DNA of 64,000 bases, from NCBI GenBank assembly GCA_032718475.1, contig JAUCBJ010000785.1, positions 1 through 64,000 of the forward strand, given 5' to 3'. Origin of the DNA: Nemertoderma westbladi. Lineage: Eukaryota > Animalia > Xenacoelomorpha. This document shows, piece by piece, positions 12,875-23,980 of the stretch. Under the pieces are notes generated by a model. It did no database searches. It worked only from the letters and a program-made list of their open reading frames with translations, and was not told the origin of the DNA. The position numbers and the translations under genes were made by a program. Numbering within the stretch: the first letter of the stretch is position 1; each line of letters opens with the position of its first letter.

Positions 12875-12944
12875 TGCTTCTTTATTGCAGTAAGCAATAA
12901 AGTTGAAAGTACCGGTCAACCGGTAAACCTGAACGGTACATCTG

Positions 12945-15000
12945 TAGGTCAGTAGGCCCAACTGCCAGAACCGGTACTGCTGTAGGCCCGTAGGTCCAAC
13001 TGCCAGAACCGGTACTTCTGTAAGTCCGTAGGCCCAACTGTCCTAACCGGTACTTCCCGTATAAGTACATTAGTATTATTCGATTTGATTATTGCATACC
13101 GGTAGGCTGTTTAAGAGATTAGGGACTGTACACCCCTTGTTTCTTTTGGAGCTTACTTATTTCTGTCAGTTTTATTTATTTGTAGGCAAATATTGAACAG
13201 AAGGCGTGTAAGCCTGATCAGATTGTGCAGACAATTTGTAGGTTGAACTGTTGTCTGATTGCTGTTAAGTCTGAACGGATTGCAGTGTGTGTAGATCACC
13301 TCTCCGATAAAGAACGGTTAGGAAGTAGGGGCAGCCAATGCTGTAAGGTAAACCCCCAACTAAAGAATAAGTCGTACTACTGGGTTAGAACGCATACTAC
13401 CTAATCATTTCGGAGTCTGCATGTCCTGTAGTTTATTTAGGCTTGAGAGTAGTCTGCCATCATTGAGTCTGTACTTTGTTTGTGTAAGTCTGTACGGGTA
13501 GCGTATAATATTTATTTAGATAATTTGTAGGCTGGATAGTTGTCTGGCTGTTATTAGGTCTGAACGGATTGCAGTGTGTGTAGGGCCTCTGTCCGATAAA
13601 GAACGGTTAGGAAGTAGGGGCAGCCAATGCTGTAAGGTAAACCCCCAACTAAAGAATAAGTCGTACTACTGGGTTAGAACGCATACTACCTAATCATTTC
13701 GGAGTCTGCATGTCCTGTAGTTTATTTAGGCTTGATAGTAGTCTGTCAGTATTCGGTCTGCATTTTGTTTGAGTGGTTTGTACGCGTAGCGTAATATTTA
13801 TTATTCAGAGTTTATGCGATTATTCGCAACATTCATTCCCCAAGTTTGTTCCTACAATAATTGTGTTTGTTATACATACCGCTATAGTTAAATTAACCCC
13901 GGTACTACACGGGCTGCTTGGCGTAGGTAAAGACTGGTGATTTTGTGCACCGGTCACTCCAGCAGATGCCGTGGTTCTTTTAGCTGTTCAAGTATATTTA
14001 ACTACTGATTATTTGTTGTACAAGTACTCGTACCTAATTTAGGGTTTAGTGTACAGTGCTTTCCGAAAGTAATTAGTGTAGGCATTATATTCGTGTTGTA
14101 AAGTGGTGGATAGGCACGTTCGATTAGCTCTATTAACTTCTAGGTAGGAACACTCCGTGATACATAACGTAGTACCTATAGCGATACGGCTATAGGTCGT
14201 CAGGCGGTGGTATTTTCCTATCTGGATGGACAACGCAGTGTATTTACTACTACTTATTATTTTCAAATACCGTAGTACCCTGTCCGTTGTAATAACCAGA
14301 TTTCTAACCCTTTGTTAGGCTGGTTTGTAGACTTCTTGTAAAATTACCCTGAAATTTCGTATTTTGTGTTTTTGTAAATTTTTGTGTTTATTTAGAGATT
14401 GTAATCTCACCCGAATTGTACGTAATCTGTAGTATTAAGTAACTTAGGTAAATTAGCATTATTTGTTTTAGTGTCCTATAAGTAACACTTCACTGAAAGC
14501 GCACCGCTTTGTGTAGTGATTACTCCCCAGAAATAATAGCATTTATTTCAAACATTGACAAAACCCATTAAAACGGGTATATATATATTATAAATCAACT
14601 CAAACGATTTATAAATAGTAGGCCTGCCATACAACAATTAGGTCTCAATATCAGTTGGACTACTGCTTAAATAACGGTAATAAAGTAAGTTAAAGTAACC
14701 AAGTAACCCTTAAAATTCAGAAATTCAATTATTTAAAATAATTGATATACCGGTATTTACGATAGGCCTATTATATATTTATATACTTGTGCTGAAATCA
14801 TACCGGTATTCTGTAATTAATTCTAGTCTGTAATTATACTTATATATACTACAAACTGTAAGCTGTATACCGGTATTCCCGATAGGCCTATTATATATTT
14901 ATATATATTTGTGCTAAAATTATACCGGTATTCTGTGATAAACCTAGTCTGCAATAATACTTATATAGTTATATATACTATAAGCATACCGGTATTCTAA
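12945..15000. repeat. Internal direct repeats in the long 5' leader of the BEL element (~39-bp x3 at ~12945-13055; 289-bp x2 at ~13230-13800; ~120-bp repeats at ~14745-15000)
   Basis: CTGAACGGATTGCAGTGTGTGTAG at 13271 and 13560; GATAGGCCTATTATATATTT at 14761 and 14881. Confidence 0.85.
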
Positions 15001-15445
15001 TATATTATATATATCACGCTACACTGAGTAGCAGTATCGGTAATTAATTACTAGGCTAGCAGTTAATACTGAGTTACTAAACTTGCTCAGACTGTAATAT
15101 AGCGGTAGACATTCAACTGTACACCTAAACATGTCTGATACTAAGCAGAACCTGTCAGACAGTTTATTAGATGTAACTATCTGCGACTCAGATAGAGGCG
15201 TAGAACCGTCTAGTCGTAAGTTCAGTTCACCTCCCACTGTGAGGAAGGTCATCCCTCCTGTAGTAATAACATAACCTAGGCTGGTCCAACATCGTAGGTC
15301 TATCATAGGCACTCGAGCTCAGGTCAAGCGGGACCAAGAAGCAGCAGAACAGCAACAACCCGCGAGCCAAGAACTTACTTCTCAACGGCCCGACAGCTCC
15401 AGTAGTGAAGATACTGTAGAACTGACACCCGAGCGCGGAGCAAAG

Positions 15446-18400
15446 ATGACGGATGCGGTTTATTCGGATCCCCTTCTCATCCTTCCTGCAGCCGTACTCA
15501 CTAGGTTATTGATTGCGGTGGAAGAACACCAGATCGATTGGGCGAGAAGTCAGCGATCAACTAAAGATAGTTATGCGGGATACACGAGGGAAGAACTGAA
15601 GTCTATTGTTGAGTCGCAATGGAACTTCCCCGGACCCGGACTCCCGTTTGATTTATCAGAAGCTACTTGGGAAGACATACACCGGATGGGAGTAGCCAAG
15701 GAAACCATCGATCCAGCTGTGTGGAAGAGGTCCGCAGCCGGATACGCACAGGGATTCTTCAGCTCTATGGAGAGAGTAGAAAAACAACTGTTTCAACAAC
15801 CTAAAGGACCTCAAGAACAGGGACAACTGCTTTATCAAGTTAGAGAAAGAATTCTGCGAATCAGGCTAATATTATCAGCCTTTGAAGAGGCTTCTAAAAG
15901 AAGACAAGACACGTCGTTGCAAGTTGCCGTAAAGACTTGGTTTCAACGGGTGAGTCGCCAGGTTCAAGGAACAGCTCAGTGGAATGCTCAGCTGGAGGAG
16001 CGCTCAACCCATGGAGAATCAACGGACGCTACTTTTTCCCAAGTGGAAAGTGAAGCGACGGCAGAGAAACCGCATAAGAGGGATGCCATTGACATCTATC
16101 TGTCAGACTATCAGCGTTTTTTGGGAGATGAAGAGTTGAGGAGAAGGCTAGATGGACTTAGCCATAATAGTGAAGGAGCCCAGCGTGTGTTGGATGCAAT
16201 TGATGTGGATAGGTTAGCGGCGAACCAAGCTAAATTCGATGAACAACTCCGCATCGCTAGAGACCAAGAAGAACAAGTAAAGAAAAAACGTATAGAAGAT
16301 AGAAAGACAGCGGCAGTGGCAGCAGCAGTGGCAGAGGCAGAAGCGGAAAGAAAAGCGGCAGCAGCAGTGGCAGCGGCAGAAGCTGAAAGAAAAGCGGCAG
16401 TGGCAGCAGCAGTGGCAGCGGCAGAAGCGGAAAGAAAAGCGGCAGTGGTAGTGGCAGTGGCAGAGGCCGAAGCGGAAAGGAAAGCGGCATCGGCAGTGGC
16501 AGAGGCCGAAGCGGAAAGAAAAGCGGCACTGGCAACAGCAGAGGCAGTGGCAGAAGCAGAACGGAGGGCATCTGAAGAGGCAACCCAACTAGAGTTGGAA
16601 AATCTTCAAGAGAGGCAAGACAACTTCAATAAACAGTTAACAGCTAGTAATATGCAGATGATGAGTCGATCTACTCCCAAAAGACAGGGGTATACATCAT
16701 CTGAGGAAGGCGATACCACCGATACTGAAGGCAAAGGAAATAGATCTCGTCTAAGCAGACGTAAAAGAACATTCCACCGTCAGAAATTGCCTGATTTGCC
16801 TCCAGCTGTTAGAAGGCAACTAAATAACACCAACTTAGGTAGTACAGAGCCCACAGACCAAATAATTAAAATAGAAAGACTCCCTACTATAGTAGATGAG
16901 CCTGAAATAATTAGGCCTGTTCTTGAAATCACCCCTTCGGTGATAGACACACCTGTGCTCCCTGAAACTACCTCTAAATTCCCTCTGCATAGCACCAAGC
17001 TACCTGTGCCCCGTAGAACTGCCCAGGAGACAGTTCAGGTCCTGGACCCCGAGCGAAATATTCCTGATTTGTCGCCCGTTGTCCCTCGTCCGCTCGCTAC
17101 AACGTTGGCGACTCCCGCTTCGGCGGTCGAATGGGTGGACGAGAGACGGCGGGGGATGGATCTCCTGCTCGGGCAGATGCAGGAGACGGTTCAGCAATTC
17201 AAGGGCACAGTAAGGGAAAGTAGGCTTGAGTTGCAAGAAGTGCAGCAAAGTATCGCGCTAGAACGCGATAAATTAGTAAATACACAAAGGGGTATACCAC
17301 CACCCCCTGTAACAATGTGTCAACCTGTTAGGTCTGAAGTATCTCATGCGCAAGGTGTGGAGCCTACACGCATATATACTGCTAGCGAAGTAGAAACTCC
17401 TATAGTGAACCCTATTAAGGGTAATTATAGACCTGTTGATAATGACATTCCCTATAGAACTGATCATAATCCGAGAAATTTATATACCGATAACTCGATA
17501 TTAAATAACACGATGGCCCAAGAAAGTTTTACGCGTCAAATGGCTAGAACCGAAGCCCGGCAAGCGGTAAAGGTGGGAGAGATCGTCAAGTTCAATGGAG
17601 ATGAGATGAAATGGTTACCTTTTAATGAATATTACAAAGATAACATACAGAACTCTGTACTATCTAATGGAGAAAAACTTAGATACCTCATCGAGTGCTT
17701 GGAAGGATCTCCCAAGTTAATGGCGTTAAAGTTTATTGGACATCCAGACGGATTAAGACAAGTTTGGGATACACTAAACATCAGGTATGGTAATAGGAAT
17801 AACATCGCTGGGTATTTGTATGCAAAGTTGGTAGCGCCCCGAAAGTTTATTAGCAGCGGAATTATCGAGTTTTCCGATGAGATTCAGGAGATCTGTAGAA
17901 AATTAGATTGGCTAGGTAAGTCTCAGGAGTATCAGAATGCTATGGTTATTAGAGCAGTGGCTTCTACTTTACCGAAGGGTGGAGTAGGTACACGCTGGGA
18001 TAAGAAAGTGTTATATATGATGGAACAACAACGACGAGACCCTACCATGGCTGATCTCATGTCATTCCTAGATGGAGAAGTGAAATTACAGCTCCTGAAA
18101 CTGTCCAGAGAGAAGACACCGGAAAACAAGGTAAGTGAAAAACCCGTCTCTAGGAGAAAGGTAACACCAGTGTGTTATACAGACGACGGCGAAAGCCAGA
18201 CTTCTCAAGGAGAAGATAGCGGGAAAGACACTGATAGATCTTATTATGTCAATAAAATGCCTAAAGATCAGGTAAGTAAATTCAAGTCTCGAGCAAATGA
18301 CAGGAGAGAACAGGTAAGAAAAACTCCTCCCACGTCTCCCAAGAGAATTCCGGTGAGAAAGCCCGAAGAAAAGGCAAGTGTACACAATGTGACTCAGATT

Positions 18401-21196
18401 AAGGTGAGTAACATCAAACCAAAATGTGCGCTATGTGATGGGACCCATCGCTTGAATATGTGTGATGAATTTCTAAAGAAATCATTAACTGAGAGACGTG
18501 AAGTCATGTGGGACAAGCGGTTGTGTTATAATTGCCTCAGACAAGGACATCAACGGCGAACCTGTTACTCAGACATAAGGTGTGCAAAGTGTGGTGCGAA
18601 GCATCATATCTTGTTGCACGCTGAATTCGATCGAAATAGTCCTAATCAGGTAATTGATTCCGAACTACATGTCCAATTCAGTGATGTGAACGACACTGAT
18701 CAATCTGAGATGGAAGGATTCTATACGGACGAGTTCTCCGACGAAAACGAATCCTGTTACATGATAAATACCGCAGTGTATCGAGCACTCACATATGAAA
18801 AGGATACAGACAACGACTTCACTCTAACTACTTCTGAGCGACAACCATCGTGGAAAGCACCAACTTCCAATGTAGGAATCCGAGAATTTCCTGTAGTCCA
18901 GTTACGGGTCCATGGACCTCAGAAGAGCTATATAGTGAACGCCCTCCTGGACTCCGGCAGCACAGGAACATTCATTGATAAAGAACTAGCCGAAGACATC
19001 TTCGTTGGACAACCCAAGTTCCGAACTAAGCTAAACATATCCGGCATTATGCAAGTTTGGAAATCTACAGTAACAGCTGATTATTATATAGGCGCGTTGT
19101 CCACCCCACAAGACGAACTAGGAGAACATAGCATAAGGTCGGTGAAAATGGTGGCTATAAAGAACTTCGCTACTACTCAAGCAGACCTTTATAATTGGGA
19201 CGAGGATGAGAGCATCCAACATCTTAAGATTCCTCGATTCCAGACTGATTATCCTGGAGTGCAAATACTCATCGGCCAAAACGCGCATGAGGCGCTGGAG
19301 ACATTGGAGAAACGGCCTGCTCAACCGCAGCCACTACAGACCTATGCGGTAAGAACTAGAGTAGGTTGGTACTTTACTGGCCCTTCCCGTAGAACACTCA
19401 GAGAAAGACTACCGCAAGAGCGCGTCTACCAGGTGAGTGAATGGGAAGATGATACTAGTGAGGGAGACGATTTAACTGAGGGAACCCCATACTCCTCAGA
19501 TAACAACGACATTCACCAGCTTTTTGATGAGGAGAATACCATCGATCTCCTTAAGGAAAACGAGGCTTGGCAAAACCAAGTGAACTTATGTCAACTTCTT
19601 TATCCAACTGAACGAGAAGCTTATAACGACGAGTTAAATGACGTCATTGAGCGTTGTAACGCCAAGACTCGAGATGAACATGCCGTAAGATTCTTTACGC
19701 AAGAGGCGGTAGAGCCCAATTCCTACGATAAAGCCTTGTCGGTGGAAGAGGAAAGGGCCAAGCAGATCCAAGAGACAACTACACGTTTCCTCAAAGATCA
19801 AGGTAGGTATGAAGTCGGTCTACCTTTCCGCAAGAGAGAACCGAAGTTCATCAATAACAGACCCTTGGCGGAAAAAAGAATCGCGCAACTCCATCGACGC
19901 CTTACGGCTAATTCTTCAGCTAAAGCAATGTATCAAACACAGCTGGAGAAATTTATTAGAAAGGGATACGCGGAGAGAGTACCGGAAGAAACACCTGTGT
20001 CTGAAAGAACGTATTACTTAACTCACCATTACGTTCCTAAACCACATGAAGTGAGAGTAGTGTTTGATGGCTCCGCTCTTTACATGGGTCAATCCCTTAA
20101 CTCTGAATTGTTACCCGGACCCAACTTACTTCAATCTTTGTTGGGAATTCTTTTAAGATTGAGACAATATTCGATTGCTTTCGCCTCCGATATAGAAGGC
20201 ATGTTCTTACAAGTCAAGGTGCTAGATAGGGATCGAGATAGTCTACGATTTCTGTGGTGGCCCGAAGGAGACCTCAACCAGAAACCGGTGGAGTACTGGA
20301 TGACCATCCAGGCCTTTGGGATAATCTCAAGCCCTTCCAACGCCTGTTCGGTAGTGCGTACTACTGCAGAGGACAACCGAGAGGCATTCTCTAAGGAAGT
20401 GATCGACAACATCAAGAGAGACATATACATGGACGACAATCTGAAGTCCCTCCCATCAGTTGAGGAAGCCATTGAGGTCGCTAAAGGAACGGTAGAGTGC
20501 TTAAAAAGAGGTGGGTTTCGATTAACAAAATTCACCAGCAACTCCCGTGAGTTTCTGGAGTCGATCCCTGCGGAAGATCGAGGGGCGAAAGATCTAGATT
20601 TGATCAAAGATGATCTGCCAGAAACCATGACACTCGGCTTGAAATGGGACACAGAGCGAGATATTCTGTTTTTCCAGCTAAAACAGCGTGATAATCCAGT
20701 TCGAACCAAACGGATTTGCTTAAGTATACTGAGCACTTTTTTCGATCCATTGGGATTTATTAGCCCAGTTATATTGATTGCTCGTAGTTTGGTACAACAA
20801 ATGTGGCTTGAAAACCACTCATGGGACGATCCACTTAAGGGAGAATTATTGAAGAAGTGGATGAAATGGGAAGATTCTCTGCCGGCTATCGAGGATTTTA
20901 TAATTTCCCGTTCATATTTTGGTCATGTTCTCCCTACGTATTCCTATCAACTCCATGTGTTTGGAGACGCCAGCGATATGGGAATAGGTATAGTAGCCTA
21001 TCTAAGAGTGGAAACTCCGGATGGAATCAAAGTCGCCTTGGTTACTTCTAAGGCATTAATCAACAACAAGTTGAAAGTTCCTCGAGCGGAGTTAAAAGCG
21101 GCTCTATACGCTACAGCCATCGGCCGGAATGTAACAGAACAGATTGACTATCCATTAGAGAAAACTGTCTATTGGACCGACGTTTACTCGTGTTAG
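15446..21196 (+). CDS. BEL/Pao Gag-protease-RT-RNase H polyprotein (probable original start ATG 15131, interrupted by TAA 15272)
   Basis: FNGDEMKWLPF gag motif; CALCDGTHRLNMC, CYNCLRQGHQRRTC, CAKCGAKHHILLH; ALLDSGS protease; RVVFDGS, SDIEGMFLQV, YMDD RT; LHVFGDAS, PRAEL, YWTD RNase H. Confidence 0.95.
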   Translation: MTDAVYSDPLLILPAAVLTRLLIAVEEHQIDWARSQRSTKDSYAGYTREELKSIVESQWNFPGPGLPFDLSEATWEDIHRMGVAKETIDPAVWKRSAAGYAQGFFSSMERVEKQLFQQPKGPQEQGQLLYQVRERILRIRLILSAFEEASKRRQDTSLQVAVKTWFQRVSRQVQGTAQWNAQLEERSTHGESTDATFSQVESEATAEKPHKRDAIDIYLSDYQRFLGDEELRRRLDGLSHNSEGAQRVLDAIDVDRLAANQAKFDEQLRIARDQEEQVKKKRIEDRKTAAVAAAVAEAEAERKAAAAVAAAEAERKAAVAAAVAAAEAERKAAVVVAVAEAEAERKAASAVAEAEAERKAALATAEAVAEAERRASEEATQLELENLQERQDNFNKQLTASNMQMMSRSTPKRQGYTSSEEGDTTDTEGKGNRSRLSRRKRTFHRQKLPDLPPAVRRQLNNTNLGSTEPTDQIIKIERLPTIVDEPEIIRPVLEITPSVIDTPVLPETTSKFPLHSTKLPVPRRTAQETVQVLDPERNIPDLSPVVPRPLATTLATPASAVEWVDERRRGMDLLLGQMQETVQQFKGTVRESRLELQEVQQSIALERDKLVNTQRGIPPPPVTMCQPVRSEVSHAQGVEPTRIYTASEVETPIVNPIKGNYRPVDNDIPYRTDHNPRNLYTDNSILNNTMAQESFTRQMARTEARQAVKVGEIVKFNGDEMKWLPFNEYYKDNIQNSVLSNGEKLRYLIECLEGSPKLMALKFIGHPDGLRQVWDTLNIRYGNRNNIAGYLYAKLVAPRKFISSGIIEFSDEIQEICRKLDWLGKSQEYQNAMVIRAVASTLPKGGVGTRWDKKVLYMMEQQRRDPTMADLMSFLDGEVKLQLLKLSREKTPENKVSEKPVSRRKVTPVCYTDDGESQTSQGEDSGKDTDRSYYVNKMPKDQVSKFKSRANDRREQVRKTPPTSPKRIPVRKPEEKASVHNVTQIKVSNIKPKCALCDGTHRLNMCDEFLKKSLTERREVMWDKRLCYNCLRQGHQRRTCYSDIRCAKCGAKHHILLHAEFDRNSPNQVIDSELHVQFSDVNDTDQSEMEGFYTDEFSDENESCYMINTAVYRALTYEKDTDNDFTLTTSERQPSWKAPTSNVGIREFPVVQLRVHGPQKSYIVNALLDSGSTGTFIDKELAEDIFVGQPKFRTKLNISGIMQVWKSTVTADYYIGALSTPQDELGEHSIRSVKMVAIKNFATTQADLYNWDEDESIQHLKIPRFQTDYPGVQILIGQNAHEALETLEKRPAQPQPLQTYAVRTRVGWYFTGPSRRTLRERLPQERVYQVSEWEDDTSEGDDLTEGTPYSSDNNDIHQLFDEENTIDLLKENEAWQNQVNLCQLLYPTEREAYNDELNDVIERCNAKTRDEHAVRFFTQEAVEPNSYDKALSVEEERAKQIQETTTRFLKDQGRYEVGLPFRKREPKFINNRPLAEKRIAQLHRRLTANSSAKAMYQTQLEKFIRKGYAERVPEETPVSERTYYLTHHYVPKPHEVRVVFDGSALYMGQSLNSELLPGPNLLQSLLGILLRLRQYSIAFASDIEGMFLQVKVLDRDRDSLRFLWWPEGDLNQKPVEYWMTIQAFGIISSPSNACSVVRTTAEDNREAFSKEVIDNIKRDIYMDDNLKSLPSVEEAIEVAKGTVECLKRGGFRLTKFTSNSREFLESIPAEDRGAKDLDLIKDDLPETMTLGLKWDTERDILFFQLKQRDNPVRTKRICLSILSTFFDPLGFISPVILIARSLVQQMWLENHSWDDPLKGELLKKWMKWEDSLPAIEDFIISRSYFGHVLPTYSYQLHVFGDASDMGIGIVAYLRVETPDGIKVALVTSKALINNKLKVPRAELKAALYATAIGRNVTEQIDYPLEKTVYWTDVYSC

Positions 21197-23157
21197 AGTA
21201 TATAACCAATGAAGTCTGTCAGTTCAGCGTCTTCGTTACCAACAGGGTAGCCATCATACTTAGTCGCACGACGATGGACCAATGGAGACATTGCCCCGGA
21301 ACGATTAATCCAGCAGACATCGCTTCCCGAGGAGCGACTCCAAAGGAATTGGTAAATACTCCCGAATGGTTAGGTGGACCCGACTTTCTCTACAAAGAAG
21401 AAGAAGAATGGCCTCCCCATCTCACAACAGCAGAGATCAGACAGGCCAAGGGAGCGGAGAAAGTTAAACCCAAAACTCGAGTGAGTAAATCGAAGTTGTT
21501 TAAACCTGCGGTTGATCTATCTGTATTATTTACTTCCGGAGAGTATGCTTTGGATCAGAAACCCACCGCCACGACTAAAGAAGTCTTGGAAATCCGTGAC
21601 AAGGATTGGAAATCTGGAATACCAGATATCGCGCAAGGACTCTCACCCCTCTTGCAGAGAGCGATATGTCACTACAGCTCCTGGAATCGGCTCTGCAAAG
21701 CCGTCACCTATTTAAAACGATGTTTTCATCATCGTTATTCCGGGACAAAGACCAATAGTGATGATGCTCCATCAACATCTGCACGAGTCCATGTTGTTAA
21801 AGACCTTCCCCAATACAAGATATCTGACAGGTTTCTAAAGGAGAAGATCAGTTACCAGGAGCATGATGAAACCAACAAACAGATGCTGAGACTCCTACAA
21901 TGCTATGAGGATCCTGATAAGTATTTCCTGTTGTTAAGAAATCCGAAGATGCGCTTAAGGGATCGCTTCTCTAGTACCATGATAGATGGGTTAATACGTG
22001 TTGGAGGCAGGCTCACCAACGCCCCCTTATCCTTTGACACTAAGTTTCCCATACTCATTAGAAATCTTGACATACAAATCAAGATGATTGTAGATGTTCA
22101 TAGCAAACTGTATCATGCTGGAAGAGAACGAGTTCTGAGCGAAATTCGAACTCGCTACTATTTATTTGGCCCTATTGAAGTATATCGTGCCCGGACTATA
22201 GTCAAGAGATGGTGTGTCATCTTCGTTTGTATGACTTGTAGAGCTATCCATCTCGATATGGTAAACGATCTATCCACCAACAGCTTCGTGTTGAGTTTAC
22301 GACGACAGATTGCTCGCTTCGGAACCAGTAACACGATGAGATCAGATAAGGGAACGAACTTCATTGGCGCCAACAACGAAATTCAAGCTTACGTAAAGGA
22401 CTGGAACAAAAGACAGGTGGACGATCAGCTAAAGATAACAGCTTCTAGCTGGACCTTCAACGCCGCCGACGCCCCTTGGTGGGGAGGAAGTTGGGAGAGA
22501 TTGATTAGGAGCGTGAAGACTGCGTTCCACTTTATTGTGCCTTGTCGCGCTTATCTCACCGACGAACTATTGCGGACGTTAATGGAGGAAATCGCCGCCT
22601 ATCTCAACGAAAGACCGCTTATGCCAGTCTCTTCAAGTCCTGATTCTCTGGAAGCGCTAACACCCGCGCACTTTCTACTGAAGAAACCCGTAGCCATGCT
22701 CCCACGATCGGAGATCACAGACGGAGACGAGTACTGCCGTCGAACCTGGCAACTTATGCAGTTGCTATCCCGTCGTTTCGCTGACCATTTCGAGAAACAT
22801 TACCTGCCCACTCTACAACTTCGAACTAAGTGGTTTGCGCAGCAAGAAAACGTCAGCGCTGGAGACATGGTGCTTATTGTGGACCCCGATCTCCCACGTA
22901 AGCGATGGCAAACAGGACGTATCATCGAGACTCATATCTCGAGCGATGGTTTGGTGCGATCAGTAGAGCTCGTCGTCATGCGGCGTAACTTTAAGAAACC
23001 AGGGATAGTCTTTGAGACTCAACAGCTCAATCGCCCAGTGGGTCGTTTATGTTTACTGGAAAGAGACAGAGAGCTCTCCGGAAACTATGGAAGGCAAGAA
23101 ACTCTTCCCACGACCACTTCCCTAATCCAACCGACATCTAGGGACTCCCCAACTTAA
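21172..23157 (+). CDS. BEL/Pao pol C-terminal part (end of RNase H + integrase), frameshifted from the upstream ORF and internally deleted
   Basis: WRHCPGTINPADIASRG, LIRVGGRL, HSKLYHAG, IFVCMTCRAIHLD, SDKGTNF, WWGGSWERLIRSVK, LTPAHFL, W..GRI....DGLVR. Confidence 0.93.
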   Translation: MDRRLLVLEYITNEVCQFSVFVTNRVAIILSRTTMDQWRHCPGTINPADIASRGATPKELVNTPEWLGGPDFLYKEEEEWPPHLTTAEIRQAKGAEKVKPKTRVSKSKLFKPAVDLSVLFTSGEYALDQKPTATTKEVLEIRDKDWKSGIPDIAQGLSPLLQRAICHYSSWNRLCKAVTYLKRCFHHRYSGTKTNSDDAPSTSARVHVVKDLPQYKISDRFLKEKISYQEHDETNKQMLRLLQCYEDPDKYFLLLRNPKMRLRDRFSSTMIDGLIRVGGRLTNAPLSFDTKFPILIRNLDIQIKMIVDVHSKLYHAGRERVLSEIRTRYYLFGPIEVYRARTIVKRWCVIFVCMTCRAIHLDMVNDLSTNSFVLSLRRQIARFGTSNTMRSDKGTNFIGANNEIQAYVKDWNKRQVDDQLKITASSWTFNAADAPWWGGSWERLIRSVKTAFHFIVPCRAYLTDELLRTLMEEIAAYLNERPLMPVSSSPDSLEALTPAHFLLKKPVAMLPRSEITDGDEYCRRTWQLMQLLSRRFADHFEKHYLPTLQLRTKWFAQQENVSAGDMVLIVDPDLPRKRWQTGRIIETHISSDGLVRSVELVVMRRNFKKPGIVFETQQLNRPVGRLCLLERDRELSGNYGRQETLPTTTSLIQPTSRDSPT

Positions 23158-23699
23158 TATCGTTCGGAGTGGGCGTGTGACTCTATTATTTTATATTATT
23201 TTATTATTTTTATATTTATGTATGTATTACTATGTAATTTTATTATAATCGTTTTATTTAATTTAGTAGAATATTATTTAGCGATTATTTAGTAGAATAG
23301 TGCAATATGTTCGTGTTCATTGCGTACGTAATTACTTATATTATATTTAGTGCGACGGCGAGAAACAATTCTTTTTCTCTTTCCTTACTGTCCGTATTAT
23401 ATTATAAATACGTAACTACAGTAAGATGACATGTCCGTACTTATTAAAGTACAATAAAGCCACTACTATATTTAAGTATTATTGGTAGGCAGAGTATTAG
23501 GAATGCAAAGTTCAGATCCTCGTGTCTCGGCTAAACCAAGCTCTGGGTAGACCTTGGAAACGACTTGCCTCTTCACACTGACATTGCTTCGTGCGATATT
23601 GCTCTCATACCGTATATTAAATAATACATATAGTAGCGTGATGTCCCTTTAACAGTAGCGTATAACGCAAAATAAATCTGTTAAACCCTTTGACCATCT

Positions 23700-23980
23700 G
23701 TAATTCTAGTCGATTAAGATATCGCGGCACCCACCGATATACTTGAAAGACAAATTCTAGAATCAGTGGTTAACGTCCCCAGACAAGTTCTGGAATAAAT
23801 CGGTGCCAATCTCAAATATTCATTATTTAATATTTGCAAATCTAATAAATCAAAATCTGTAAAATTCAGATCCTTCAACAATTCTAGTCAATTAAGATAT
23901 CGTAGCATTTACCGATATTCTTAAAAAGACAATTGTCATAGAATTAAGGATCTTGTGTCCCCAGACATGTTCTAGAATCA
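23700..23980. repeat. Imperfect ~100-bp direct repeat (period ~179) in the pol-ORF3 spacer
   Basis: AATTCTAGTC(G/A)ATTAAGATATCG...ACCGATAT...GTCCCCAGACA at ~23702 and ~23880. Confidence 0.75.

Noticed and set aside
16214-16588. Cys-rich and Pro/Leu-rich minus-strand ORFs
   Set aside because: Antisense shadows of the Ala-rich Gag repeat
21170-21196. Programmed ribosomal frameshift between the two pol ORFs
   Set aside because: The break falls inside the RNase H WTDS motif, has no slippery heptamer, and is repaired by restoring one base
23161-23182. Vestigial PPT+TGT right after the pol stop (GGAGTGGGCGTGTGAC)
   Set aside because: Too short and impure, and the following sequence does not resemble the LTR
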